Source: Pseudomonadota bacterium
Lineage (GTDB): Bacteria; Bdellovibrionota_B; Oligoflexia; Oligoflexales; CAIMVM01
NCBI GenBank assembly: GCA_037142195.1
Contig: JBAXBA010000027.1
Location: 1 to 44,315, forward strand
DNA: 44,315 nt
Direction: 5' to 3'
Numbering within the stretch: position 1 is the first letter of the stretch; the number at the start of each line of letters is the position of its first letter. Shown here piece by piece: positions 1 to 9,341 of the stretch. The translations under genes were made by a program, and so were the position numbers. The notes beneath the pieces were generated by a model, which worked only from the letters and a program-made list of their open reading frames with translations, was not told the origin of the DNA and searched no databases.

Positions 1-560
1 CAGCTCCGTTTGCGGTTATAGTGTACGAGAAACCTGCAGCGCCATTGTAGTTTGCAGTGCCAGTTACACCAACGGTACATACGCCGTCGCCGTCGCAAGC
101 GCACGGAGTTGTGATCGTTACCAGTGAAAGATTTGAGAGGGTGCAGGCTGTGGCTTTGTCACTTTCAACATCGCTGTACGAAAGAGTTATGCTCGAAGCC
201 GTGTCTTCGCTAAACGCAGCCGGTGTAATGTTTTGCGCCACTGGAGCATCATCAACTGCGGTAATGGAAAGCCTAGCAGTTGCTGCTGCGGAAGCAGCTC
301 CGTTTGCGGTTATAGTGTACGAGAAACCTGCAGCGCCATTGTAGTTTGCTGCGCCAGTTACACCAACGGTACATACGCCGTCGCCGTCGCACGCGCACGG
401 AGTTGTGATCGTAACCATCGAAAGATTTGAGAGGGCGCAGGCAGTGGCTTTGTCACCATCAGCATCGAAGTACGAAAGAGTGATAATCGAAGACGTGTCT
501 TCGTTAAAAGCAACTGCTGTAATGTCTTCAGCCAAGGGAGCATCGTCTACAGCAGTCACC
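1..560 (-). repeat. 294-bp (98-aa) tandem repeat inside the adhesin; about two copies visible
   Basis: cagctccgtttgcggttatagtgtacgagaaacctgcagcgccattgtagtttgc occurs at 1 and at 295. Confidence 0.95.
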
Positions 561-976
561 ACAAATTCAAGCTTGCTTACGGTGATGGAAATAGCAGCAT
601 AGTGGGCCTTGATTTCAACGGTAGCTGAACCACTCGTATTCGCTACTGCCGAGAAAACGGCGGTACAGTTAGGCCAAACCCCTCCCCATGTCACTGCATT
701 TTCTGATGCAATTAACGAAGGGTCGGAAGAAGAATAAGACAGAAAATCAGAATTGCAAGCGGATGAAGGTGCCACCAACTCTGACACGTCAAATCGAATT
801 TCAGAGGCAATATCTTCCTCGACTTTCACAACAACCGTTTCAGAACTCTTGGAACTATTTTTCTGTACCAAATTATTTTTGGATGTCTTACTAATATGTC
901 CTTTTTGCCGGCAACCCCCGACAACGCTAAGAATTGAACAAAAAATTAGAAACTTTATTAATCTAAAATTGATCAT
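1..976 (-). CDS. Large surface lipoprotein/adhesin with tandem ~98-aa cadherin-like (tandem-95/Ig-like) repeats; 3' end runs off the window
   Basis: Manual translation (not in ORF track): SD AAGGGAGG, ATG at 976, MINFRLIKFLIFCSILSVVGG-C lipobox, open to window edge. Repeats of VDDAPxAxxIT..F.EDT.S.ITLSY.D...DKATAC.LSNLS.VTITTPCACDGDGVCTVGVTG.ANYNGAAGFSYTITANG. Confidence 0.88.
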   Translation of the reverse strand, partial: MINFRLIKFLIFCSILSVVGGCRQKGHISKTSKNNLVQKNSSKSSETVVVKVEEDIASEIRFDVSELVAPSSACNSDFLSYSSSDPSLIASENAVTWGGVWPNCTAVFSAVANTSGSATVEIKAHYAAISITVSKLEFVVTAVDDAPLAEDITAVAFNEDTSSIITLSYFDADGDKATACALSNLSMVTITTPCACDGDGVCTVGVTGAANYNGAAGFSYTITANGAASAAATARLSITAVDDAPVAQNITPAAFSEDTASSITLSYSDVESDKATACTLSNLSLVTITTPCACDGDGVCTVGVTGTANYNGAAGFSYTITANGA

Positions 977-1272
977 AAATCCTCCCTTACCTTAAAACTC
1001 ATCCCGGCAATCGACGCATTGGCGCTATCAGTCCATCGGCCACTTGAGGGAGAGCAACAAAAGAAATTCTAAAGAAAGACGTAAGACATAACAAACATTG
1101 ATATATTTTAGCTGTGAGAAAGCGGCCTTATGTCTAAATAATCAAAAACACAATGAAAAAAAGGAGCAGCAAGGATGGAAATATATTCCCCGGAGGAAAG
1201 GGCGAATATTCGTGCAAAAGAAGTTTGGTAATGCCAACATCTTCATACCCGATGTTGGGCTGCACATAGAGT

Positions 1273-2214
1273 TTAAGTCGCGTGAAAATGAGATAGCGGC
1301 TTTTTGCCAATATCTTTTTTTTGGGGTCTCGCATGTCTCGAAAAACGTTTTACATAATCACACTTTTGACAAAGGTCCTCACGTAGCTCGCCTTTTTTAA
1401 ATCCCTCGAGCATATTTTGAGCCTTGGGACTGGCAAGAATGGACTCAAGAGACTGAGTGTGCAAATTACCTAATGCTAAAACACCCTTGTCATCTAAGCA
1501 GCAAGGCACTACCGTTCCATCCGCGTGTATGCCTATGTGGCCTGATAACCCATGGCAAAAACCTTTTTCACTTAGCTTTTCAGAGTCAAGTCTTGGCCAA
1601 ATAAATCGAGAATCAAAATGAAGATAAAGCCGATCTCTAATTTTAAAGTTCTTTTTGCGACGGACATCGACTTTTACATCGGACCAGGAAAACTGAAAGG
1701 CTTCGCTACAAGACACCATAATATCTGAGGGACTTAGAGAATTCACGATGACATCATTGTCCCAAAATCTAAGATTGATGTATAAATCAGGCCTCAGTTG
1801 TTCGGCCTGTACGACAAATCTGGAAATTTTGGCCATGTAGGTCTGAGGTGATGCGCCCTTAAAATTGTCAGTAAAGGATTGCAGGGAAATATTGACCTGC
1901 CTAAGAGCCGGGTGTAGCAGCACTCCCATTCTTTGTTCCGATAAGATTACGCCGTTCGTCGTCAAATTGACTCTCACGTTTTTTCTGTGGGCCGTGTCCA
2001 AAAGTTCCATAATATGAGGATGATTTAATGGTTCACCGAGAAGGTGTGGCACCACTTCCTCAGTAACATTCGCTACCTTACCTAATAGGGATTCAAACTC
2101 GCTGACAGACATGACTTTTTGTGAACGTTCTACTTCTGGGCAAAACGAGCACTTAAGATTGCAAATATTCGAAACTTCTATATTGATGCGCTTAAATTTA
2201 ATGGCGGTCCTCAT
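1273..2214 (-). CDS. Radical SAM protein with C-terminal SPASM/twitch domain
   Basis: CNLKCSFC (CxxxCxxC), GEP motif, LTTNG; C-terminal GFC..GIHADGTVVPCC..LGN..LCQKC. Confidence 0.92.
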   Translation of the reverse strand: MRTAIKFKRINIEVSNICNLKCSFCPEVERSQKVMSVSEFESLLGKVANVTEEVVPHLLGEPLNHPHIMELLDTAHRKNVRVNLTTNGVILSEQRMGVLLHPALRQVNISLQSFTDNFKGASPQTYMAKISRFVVQAEQLRPDLYINLRFWDNDVIVNSLSPSDIMVSCSEAFQFSWSDVKVDVRRKKNFKIRDRLYLHFDSRFIWPRLDSEKLSEKGFCHGLSGHIGIHADGTVVPCCLDDKGVLALGNLHTQSLESILASPKAQNMLEGFKKGELREDLCQKCDYVKRFSRHARPQKKDIGKKPLSHFHAT

Positions 2215-2627
2215 ATTTCATGAATCCTTGGACGGCAGCTTGGCCTAAAAAAATTAGGTCCTCTGCCTGCACCTTCTAGTGCAACTCATTGCAGATTAAA
2301 AGAAAAAAACTCACCTGAATACATGAAAGGCAAGGAAAAGGGAATTTAAACACCACGACAGATCCAGCTACTAAAGCTATAACTATCGAAAAGTGCGTCA
2401 GAAGTTAGAGTTTGGAAGGTATCTCATCTGAATCGAATGTCCTGAGAATCTTGGAGAATAAACCTTGATATCTAAAGTTTATGAGTCAAAGTGGCTTGTA
2501 GGGGGACAGAAAAGTCAACCAGATGAGGAACTTCCAATTCTCAATCTAGAAAACTTATGGAGTTATATTTTTGGACATTAGGACAGATCCTAAATGCCCA
2601 ATCTTCTGGCTTGAATGAAAGACTCCT

Positions 2628-3779
2628 CTAGACTTTGCCGGCAGCTAAGTCACTGTCCCGCGAGGACATCGTGTCGATGCCCATTTTGCTATAGAATAAT
2701 TCATCGACAGTTTTTTTAATAAGGATCCACATGAGTTCCCGGTCTGTGCATTTTGAAAATATTCCAAGAGGAATTTGAAATCCGCCTTTATCTTTTCTAC
2801 CTCCTCCGTACCACTGACCTTCTTTATCTTGTCCAAAAACATTTTTAAGCCATTTATCCGGATCTAATGTATGAGAGCGGGTCCTGAGGGACCCATCTAC
2901 TGCTGAGTTACCCACAATTCCGTAGACGACTACGGTTTCGATGCCTTCACGGTGAAGAAGATAGTCAGCACATTGTCCTATACCGTCTCTGTCTTCTTCA
3001 CGAACATAACCCACACCAGCAAAAAGAAACGTTTCTTTAATATCTTTATGCTGAAGGGCAAGCTGAGTTAGGTCCATGGTTTTAGCGGGGATGGATTGTC
3101 GAGAAATCAAACCTAAAAGGTCTTTATCTACTTTTTTTGCCAAAAACTGACTTGCCATAAAGTCAATGGGTTGTGCATTAGTAAAGTCGTCAGTATCCGT
3201 TCTAATGCCGTGCATTAGGGCTGAGGCTATCTTACCTTCTGCTTCCGTCTGACCTGTAAACTTAACTTCAGAAGACATGAGATACTCACAATAGATGGCT
3301 GAAGTAGAGCCAGCATCTTCCCGCACGTCAAGAAACTCTGACGTGACAAGAGGGAGCAATCTGTGGTGATCGACAAAAACCAACAACTTTAGGTGCTCAG
3401 GAAGCTTAATGGGAAGTTCGGGGCTTTGAGCATCATTTACTGCAAAATACTGAAACGAACTGGCGTCAAACTTATCTGACCAATGAATCATATCAATATC
3501 TAATTTTTTAACTAAAGCGCGATTTTCGTGATGAGAGATTTCATCAAAGTAGATGATTTGCGAAGAAATTTTGTAGTTTCCTGCTAGCCACTGCAAGGCC
3601 AATGCTGAACCTATACTATCCGGATCAGGATAGCCTTTAATGCAAATCAGAAGGTTTTTACCGGAAGCTTGAGACAGCACTCTAAAGAGTTCTTCGGATC
3701 GCCGAATGCGCCGCTGATAGCAATCGGAATCCTCGCCAGTCATAGGCAACAACTTTCGTGTTTCCAATTCATTAGGCAT
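2628..3779 (-). CDS. DHH/DHHA1 family phosphoesterase (NrnA-like nanoRNase/pAp phosphatase)
   Basis: PDPDSIGS, VND, VDHH, GIRTDT and C-terminal GGGR motifs. Start chosen at ATG 3779 (GGAG upstream); ORF is open to GTG 3893. Confidence 0.85.
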   Translation of the reverse strand: MPNELETRKLLPMTGEDSDCYQRRIRRSEELFRVLSQASGKNLLICIKGYPDPDSIGSALALQWLAGNYKISSQIIYFDEISHHENRALVKKLDIDMIHWSDKFDASSFQYFAVNDAQSPELPIKLPEHLKLLVFVDHHRLLPLVTSEFLDVREDAGSTSAIYCEYLMSSEVKFTGQTEAEGKIASALMHGIRTDTDDFTNAQPIDFMASQFLAKKVDKDLLGLISRQSIPAKTMDLTQLALQHKDIKETFLFAGVGYVREEDRDGIGQCADYLLHREGIETVVVYGIVGNSAVDGSLRTRSHTLDPDKWLKNVFGQDKEGQWYGGGRKDKGGFQIPLGIFSKCTDRELMWILIKKTVDELFYSKMGIDTMSSRDSDLAAGKV

Positions 3780-3879
3780 TATGGCACGCTCCAATGTGGT
3801 GTTTAAAGAGGCTGCTGTGTTGCGCTTTCTGGGTGCCACGTTATTGTCTCCAGGAACGAGGTATAAATCTATCTCATTT

Positions 3880-5109
3880 TTAATTGTCGGCACTAGGCCA
3901 CCCTGGCTTTAAAAGCGAATAGTTTGGAAAATTTGTAAAAATCTCCAAAATAGAGCGTATTGTGGGAAACTCCCTAAATTCCAATACGGGTATATCCTCA
4001 CTCCTTGCTTTTTCTATCAATTTCTGGACTTTTGACTCTTTTGTTAGGGACTTATCGATAGCCAGCACGAGACCATTTTTTTTGAGCTCTGCTAAGCTAC
4101 TGAGAGACTTTATGGCGCTAGATTGATGCCACTTATGAATGAGCTCAACATAGAACCCATTTCCTTTCGAATGGACAAAGAAATCCGGAATCACAATACT
4201 ATTGCTAATGGTTAAAAAATTGGTGTTGTTTTTTATCTCGACACTGCCCTTCTGAAAGGGATGCTGCCCCACCAAAGCCTTAAACTCTTCGGGGATATAA
4301 GCGTCATGGGTCTCAGGGGCGCCAAAAAAAGCCTTGCCAGAATTTACTTCTAGCTTTAGAGACATCGACCTAACTTCGACATCTGTATTCAATTTCCAGG
4401 AAGGTAAATCAATGACATGGTTTACAAAGCTTGAGAGCCTGGATCCGTAGGCGATGTTATGAGATCCAAGGGCTAATGGTCCTGAAATGCGAAGACGACT
4501 GACTTTTTCTCCAATATCTAGAGATTCTAAAATTAAGCGGTGAAATTTAGAAGCTCTTAGCAGCTTTCTGACCTGAGCTAAATTTCCAGATATTTCTATA
4601 TCAATAGCATTACTTGAAAGCATCATCCCTCTTAAAAGAGCTCGATTATAGCTACCCAAAATGCTCGAAGCTGAAATTAATTTAGGCATTGTAATAAGGG
4701 AGAAGTCTGGCAAATCTGCATAAAGAGAAGCGGATATTTCTTCAAAAGATTTTCCTGAGCGCTCGGCAATCATAGATCTAAACTTATCTATATCGCCCCC
4801 ACAATTCTTTCTTAGGTCTTCACTCAAAATCAAATACTCACGGCGCTTTTCTGAAAGATCATCTGGATCCTCTGATGCGGAAGATTCTAGAAAAACCTTA
4901 AGCATACCTTTGTAGTAGGGTAAAGTTGTGTCAGCTTCCAGATCCAATGCTTCTTTAAAGTCTTCTAATGTCGCTCCAGCAAGTCGCTCTCCTATGTCGA
5001 TCATGGTGCCAGCAAGGTCTCTTGCTTTAGCGAGATCTTCATTTAAAAAAACAGGAAACGCCTTGTCATCCTTTATTCTTACCTTAATGAGGTCCTTGGT
5101 AAGCAGCAT
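3880..5109 (-). CDS. DUF790 family (Bax1-like) predicted PD-(D/E)xK endonuclease
   Basis: N-terminal MLLTKDL, SLYADL, YNRALLRG, LRISGP..YG.RL, IPDF...VEL motifs typical of DUF790; adjacent to XPB-like helicase; SD AAAGGAG before ATG 5109. Confidence 0.82.
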   Translation of the reverse strand: MLLTKDLIKVRIKDDKAFPVFLNEDLAKARDLAGTMIDIGERLAGATLEDFKEALDLEADTTLPYYKGMLKVFLESSASEDPDDLSEKRREYLILSEDLRKNCGGDIDKFRSMIAERSGKSFEEISASLYADLPDFSLITMPKLISASSILGSYNRALLRGMMLSSNAIDIEISGNLAQVRKLLRASKFHRLILESLDIGEKVSRLRISGPLALGSHNIAYGSRLSSFVNHVIDLPSWKLNTDVEVRSMSLKLEVNSGKAFFGAPETHDAYIPEEFKALVGQHPFQKGSVEIKNNTNFLTISNSIVIPDFFVHSKGNGFYVELIHKWHQSSAIKSLSSLAELKKNGLVLAIDKSLTKESKVQKLIEKARSEDIPVLEFREFPTIRSILEIFTNFPNYSLLKPGWPSADN

Positions 5110-6463
5110 GCTGCCGTCTCCTTTCGTTGACACCGCGCTCTGCTGTGTCAGCAGCAATGATTTCATAGAGTCTGGCTCGCTTCCCTGGTCGTTGCCTTAA
5201 AATGCGACCAAGTCTTTGCACATGCTCCCGAACGGAACCCGTACCAGAAACGACCACACCTACGCTTGCTTCAGGTACATCTATCCCTTCATTTAACACT
5301 CGACTGGTCACTAGCACACTCAATCTTCCCTCTCTAAATTCGGCTAATAAATACTTTCTTTCAGCGGCCTTGGAGTGATGGGTAATCACAGGAAGAAGGA
5401 ATTCTCTGCCTATCTTATAAGCCATTGCATTATCATTCGTGAAGACGATGACTCTTTCGCCCAAATGCGAGGACAAAATCTTCCAAATCTCCATGAGCTT
5501 GGCATCTGAAGCGTTACATAATGCCTTCTGCTCTCGATGGGCTCTAAGCGCCTGTTTGCCTTGTGGAGTGCGTGAGGCTACTTGAATAAATTTTTGCCAG
5601 CCACCTGGAGATCCTATTTGAACGCCACTTCGTCGTAAAAAGTTTAAATATTTATCCCGAGCCGCATTATACTTGATCCACTCCTCATCGGTCAGTGGAA
5701 CTTCCACGCTTACAACATCATAGGGCGCTAAATCCTTGGAAACCATTTCGGAAATTTCGCCTGAGTAGACTTTCTTTCCAACACTTTCATAAACATAATC
5801 TTCAAATCCATCGGACCGCTCAATCGTTGCCGTCAGCCCTAGTCGAAAGGGCGCTATTGCAGCTTCGGCAATAATCCGATTTCCGGCGGCTGGCAAATGA
5901 TGACACTCATCAAACACAATCATCCCAAATAAGACACCCTTCGATTCGATGATCATGCGAGCCGAGTCATAGGTGGCGACTGTAATACGCTTTAAATTCT
6001 TATCACCGCCTCCGTAGGCGCCAATCTCTTCACCAAAGAAACTTTCAAGCGTTACCTGCCATTGGTGAACTAAATCAATAGTTGGAACCACGACTAACGA
6101 AGGCCTTTTTACGCGAGCAATGGCCATAACTCCAAGAATCGATTTTCCTGCGCCTGTAGGCAAAATGACGACGCCCATTTGACCTGCCACTTCCCAGGCA
6201 GTTAAAGCCTCGATTTGGTGTTTTCTAGGAAGAATTTCTTTCTTCAATTCCAATTCTTCTCGGTCATACTTTCTGACATGATCCACAAGCTCTAGTTTTA
6301 ACTTTTGACATTCCATAACCAACTCCCGGTACTTTCGCCCGGGAAGGACCATTTTTTTTAATCTGGGATCGTAAGTCATTCCTAAAGTCGGTGCGGAATC
6401 TAAATCGGCAATTCCTCGACCGGACACCAGAATTAAGCCGTTCAAATACTCAATCTCGATCAT
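5084..6463 (-). CDS. XPB/Rad25(SSL2)-like SF2 DEAD/DEAH-box DNA helicase
   Basis: Walker A LPTGAGKS, DECH, GLTAT, VLNEGIDVPEA, QRLGRILR. Confidence 0.92.
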   Translation of the reverse strand: MIEIEYLNGLILVSGRGIADLDSAPTLGMTYDPRLKKMVLPGRKYRELVMECQKLKLELVDHVRKYDREELELKKEILPRKHQIEALTAWEVAGQMGVVILPTGAGKSILGVMAIARVKRPSLVVVPTIDLVHQWQVTLESFFGEEIGAYGGGDKNLKRITVATYDSARMIIESKGVLFGMIVFDECHHLPAAGNRIIAEAAIAPFRLGLTATIERSDGFEDYVYESVGKKVYSGEISEMVSKDLAPYDVVSVEVPLTDEEWIKYNAARDKYLNFLRRSGVQIGSPGGWQKFIQVASRTPQGKQALRAHREQKALCNASDAKLMEIWKILSSHLGERVIVFTNDNAMAYKIGREFLLPVITHHSKAAERKYLLAEFREGRLSVLVTSRVLNEGIDVPEASVGVVVSGTGSVREHVQRLGRILRQRPGKRARLYEIIAADTAERGVNERRRQHAAYQGPH

Positions 6464-6683
6464 TATTTTGATCCCGAAAGGTAAAAAGCTTTTCTATTGC
6501 CAATAAAAAACCACCCAAAACTGTAATAAGTGCCGAGACCCTAAGTCCATCCAAAAGCCATCCGGGGGAAGCTTTGCCAAATAAAGAATACAGAATCCAA
6601 AAATTACCCAATAGAATAATAAGTGCAAATCCTGCTGCTGAAATTTTGGCGCCAAAGCTTTTGTGGTTAATCATTGGGCCCAT
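6450..6683 (-). CDS. Small two-TM membrane protein, unknown function
   Basis: 77 aa, two hydrophobic segments, SD AGGAG, overlaps helicase start. Confidence 0.7.
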   Translation of the reverse strand: MGPMINHKSFGAKISAAGFALIILLGNFWILYSLFGKASPGWLLDGLRVSALITVLGGFLLAIEKLFTFRDQNNDRD

Positions 6684-6700
6684 AAAATAAACTCCTGTAT

Positions 6701-7747
6701 TTACATAGTCGCCTGAGGCTCTATTAAAACCGTCTTTCCAGATTCCGTTATGGAACGGCCCCTAGGCCCACGACTCAGATAGCCCTGAAACACTAAAAAG
6801 GGTTCATAGACCTCCTCTACTGTCGAGCGGTCTTCTCCGATACTCACGGCAATGGCTTCAATACCGACAGGACCCCCATCATAGCGCTCCCATATGGTGC
6901 GTAAAATCACTCGATCAGTGCGATCTAATCCATGAGAATCAATATCGAGTCTCGACAAAGCACGTAAAGCAATTTCTTCATTGATGGTGTCCAAATCTGC
7001 AACTAAGGCAAAATCCCATACCCTCTTCAATATCCTATTGGCAATTCTTGGCGTTCCCCTAGAGGAAAGAGCAATCAACTCTAGTGCATCTCCATCAATT
7101 TTTATGGATAAAATGTCTGAAGTGCGCGCTACGATTTTCATGAGGGATGCGATGTCGTAAAATTCAAGCCGTTCTTGAATCCCAAAGCGACTCTGAAAAG
7201 GTCTTGACAACAAACTCACGCGAGTCGTAGCCCCAATCAAAGTAAACGGTGACACTGGCACCCGCATGGTTCTAGCTGAAGATCCCTGGCCTACCAAAAT
7301 ATCCATGGCAAAATCTTCCATTGCCGAATACATCAGCTCTTCGAGTTGAATAGGTAGACGATGAATTTCATCGATGAATAGAATGGATCCTGGCTCAAGC
7401 CCAGCAAGTATTCCTGCTAAATCACCCGCCCGTTCGATAGCGGGAGCGCTTGTCGCATGAAAACTCACACCCATCTCGTGGGCGACAATGTGCGCTAATG
7501 TAGTCTTACCTAATCCTGGTGGGCCATGAAGCAAAATATGGTCTAAGGTTTTATTCCGTTTCTTAGCTGATTCCACATAAACTTTGAGATTTTCTTTGGC
7601 CACCGTCTGCCCAGGGTAGTCATCAAAAGTATCAGGACGCAAGTTAGATGTAAGCCTGAGATCAGTCTCTAGTTCGGCACTATCCATAAATCTTTCAAGT
7701 CGCACTGAATTCTTTAAAGTAGAGTCTTCTGGCACAACGCACCTCAT
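6701..7747 (-). CDS. ruvB: Holliday junction branch migration helicase RuvB
   Basis: LRP..FDDYPGQ, GPPGLGKTTLA, FIDEIHRL, SRGTPRIANR, GGPVG, YEPFL. Confidence 0.98.
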   Translation of the reverse strand: MRCVVPEDSTLKNSVRLERFMDSAELETDLRLTSNLRPDTFDDYPGQTVAKENLKVYVESAKKRNKTLDHILLHGPPGLGKTTLAHIVAHEMGVSFHATSAPAIERAGDLAGILAGLEPGSILFIDEIHRLPIQLEELMYSAMEDFAMDILVGQGSSARTMRVPVSPFTLIGATTRVSLLSRPFQSRFGIQERLEFYDIASLMKIVARTSDILSIKIDGDALELIALSSRGTPRIANRILKRVWDFALVADLDTINEEIALRALSRLDIDSHGLDRTDRVILRTIWERYDGGPVGIEAIAVSIGEDRSTVEEVYEPFLVFQGYLSRGPRGRSITESGKTVLIEPQATM

Positions 7748-8388
7748 ATATCCAAAGATGGAGATTTACGCAACGACTGCAAGGACGCCTTTAAAAGTGT
7801 GGGGAGGTCAGCTTCTGGATGAAGTTTACGACTAGCATCTACAATTCTTGCTACATCTTTATCTTTAAACCCAAGGTTGACCAAAGCACCTACGACATCT
7901 TGCACGATTTGATCCTCATAAGAACCCTCAAAAATAATGTCTTGATGCCGCATACTGTTCGATCCTCTAGAACGCTCTACAGTCGAAAGGCGATCAATTT
8001 TTCCGGTCATCTCCACTATGATTTTCTCTGCAGATCGACGGCCAATCCCCGGAACGAGTTCCAAAATCTCGATCCTTTTTTCATGAACGGCCCGTTTTAG
8101 TTCACTCGGGGTTAAAGTCGAGAGTATGGCCATCGCTATTTTAGGACCAATGCCATTGACTGCGATCAATGCTTCAAAGGTCTCTTTGTCTTCCCATGCT
8201 AAAAAACCATATAATTTAATAAGATCTTCTCTGACTCTTGTATGGACCCAAAGGGAACACTCTTTAGCAGACATCAAATCACACATGTCGGGAATCGTCA
8301 GTTCTAAACCGTAGCCAATGCCCTTAACATCGAGGATGACGCCACTGGAAAGACGGCGTTTAATATCGCCAGAAATATATTCAATCAT
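7744..8388 (-). CDS. ruvA: Holliday junction branch migration protein RuvA
   Basis: MIEYISG, GIGY, VRED..KLYGF, VNGIGPK, VPGIGRRSAEKI, ALVNLGF. Confidence 0.96.
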   Translation of the reverse strand: MIEYISGDIKRRLSSGVILDVKGIGYGLELTIPDMCDLMSAKECSLWVHTRVREDLIKLYGFLAWEDKETFEALIAVNGIGPKIAMAILSTLTPSELKRAVHEKRIEILELVPGIGRRSAEKIIVEMTGKIDRLSTVERSRGSNSMRHQDIIFEGSYEDQIVQDVVGALVNLGFKDKDVARIVDASRKLHPEADLPTLLKASLQSLRKSPSLDI

Positions 8389-8926
8389 CTAGGCCCTCTT
8401 TTTCAGTCCAAGTAATTCTAGCTTTCAATCGCTTGGCTATTGTTTTCAATTCATTTTTGGCTAAATCCATGGATTCGCCTGCTTCTATAGACTCAATGAC
8501 ATTTTCAATAGAGATAATATCTAGGTCGGTCATCTCCCTTAGGGCGACTGAGGCCTCATTGAAATTTCTTATCAGATATTTAAGCTCATCTTCTTTTCTA
8601 ACTCGCATTTCATGTCCAAAAAAACCGGCTGCAATGCGCCGAAACTCCCTAAGTAGGCCATAAACGGGCCCCGCAAGCCGATGAGGAAAAAATAAAGAAA
8701 ACCCCGATATAAGGATGATATTTAATAACACTGCAAGAGCCATGGAGGCCAATATCGGTGCCGGTAGAAATTTTGGAATGACCAAAATTTTAAAGACAAA
8801 TAAGGGATAGAGCAAAACAGTCGCTGTCAAGAAACTAGAAATAATGCCTGCTACCCCAGCTGATTTTGCATATCTAAATTGCAAATCGCGGTTGACTAGA
8901 AAAATACGTTTTCTGAATTGAAACAT
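8381..8926 (-). CDS. Two-TM membrane protein with HAMP-like domain
   Basis: Two hydrophobic helices, then HRLAGP...IAAG......VRKEDELKYL...FN; stop overlaps ruvA start. Confidence 0.8.
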   Translation of the reverse strand: MFQFRKRIFLVNRDLQFRYAKSAGVAGIISSFLTATVLLYPLFVFKILVIPKFLPAPILASMALAVLLNIILISGFSLFFPHRLAGPVYGLLREFRRIAAGFFGHEMRVRKEDELKYLIRNFNEASVALREMTDLDIISIENVIESIEAGESMDLAKNELKTIAKRLKARITWTEKEGLDD

Positions 8927-9160
8927 ATATGAGTAAGCCTCTACTGCTAACTAAGGTTTTTCTGACCTCATTCTACACGTTTGCGCATTCTAAAGGGAGT
9001 GAAAAACAAAGAACCCAAGGAGTCATGGCGAGGCCCAATAAATAGACAGACCAAAGAACTCAGCCCTCCCTAGGAAACTACATACTTCCTCAATCTACAA
9101 CTGATGGAATAGACCTCAAAATCTTAAACCAACCTGAATGAGCTTCTACTTTTACGCACC

Positions 9161-9190
9161 AAAAAAGAGGCCTACTTGTAAAGTAGGCCT
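9161..9190 (-). terminator. Intrinsic terminator downstream of metK
   Basis: Minus strand AGGCCTACTT-TAC-AAGTAGGCCT followed by CTTTTTT. Confidence 0.85.
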
Positions 9191-9341
9191 GTAATCTTCA
9201 AAAATAATCCGCAAAACGATCTGACAATGATTTTTGAGCTGGTTTTTTGACAATACGTATTTTAGAGCGTGGATTTTCGAGAGAATCCCAAAAGTCACTA
9301 AAAAGTGTTTTTTATCGCTCGAATATATAAACCTCAACTGG

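Noticed and set aside
57..995. Plus-strand ORFs 57..344, 233..430, 405..602, 688..894, 753..995 and minus 358..543
   Set aside because: Antisense or off-frame shadows of the minus-strand adhesin starting at 976.
1098..1400. ORFs 1098..1400 (+) and 1134..1334 (-) as radical SAM precursor peptides
   Set aside because: They overlap the rSAM gene, with no clear SD or RiPP-like leader/core features.
2215..2627. 412-bp intergenic region checked for tRNA/ncRNA
   Set aside because: No cloverleaf, T-loop motif or strong terminator recognised.
8995..9082. GGGAG...CTCCC-flanked segment with aaagaac direct repeat and a tiny MARPNK ORF
   Set aside because: No recognisable ncRNA or riboswitch motif; too little support.
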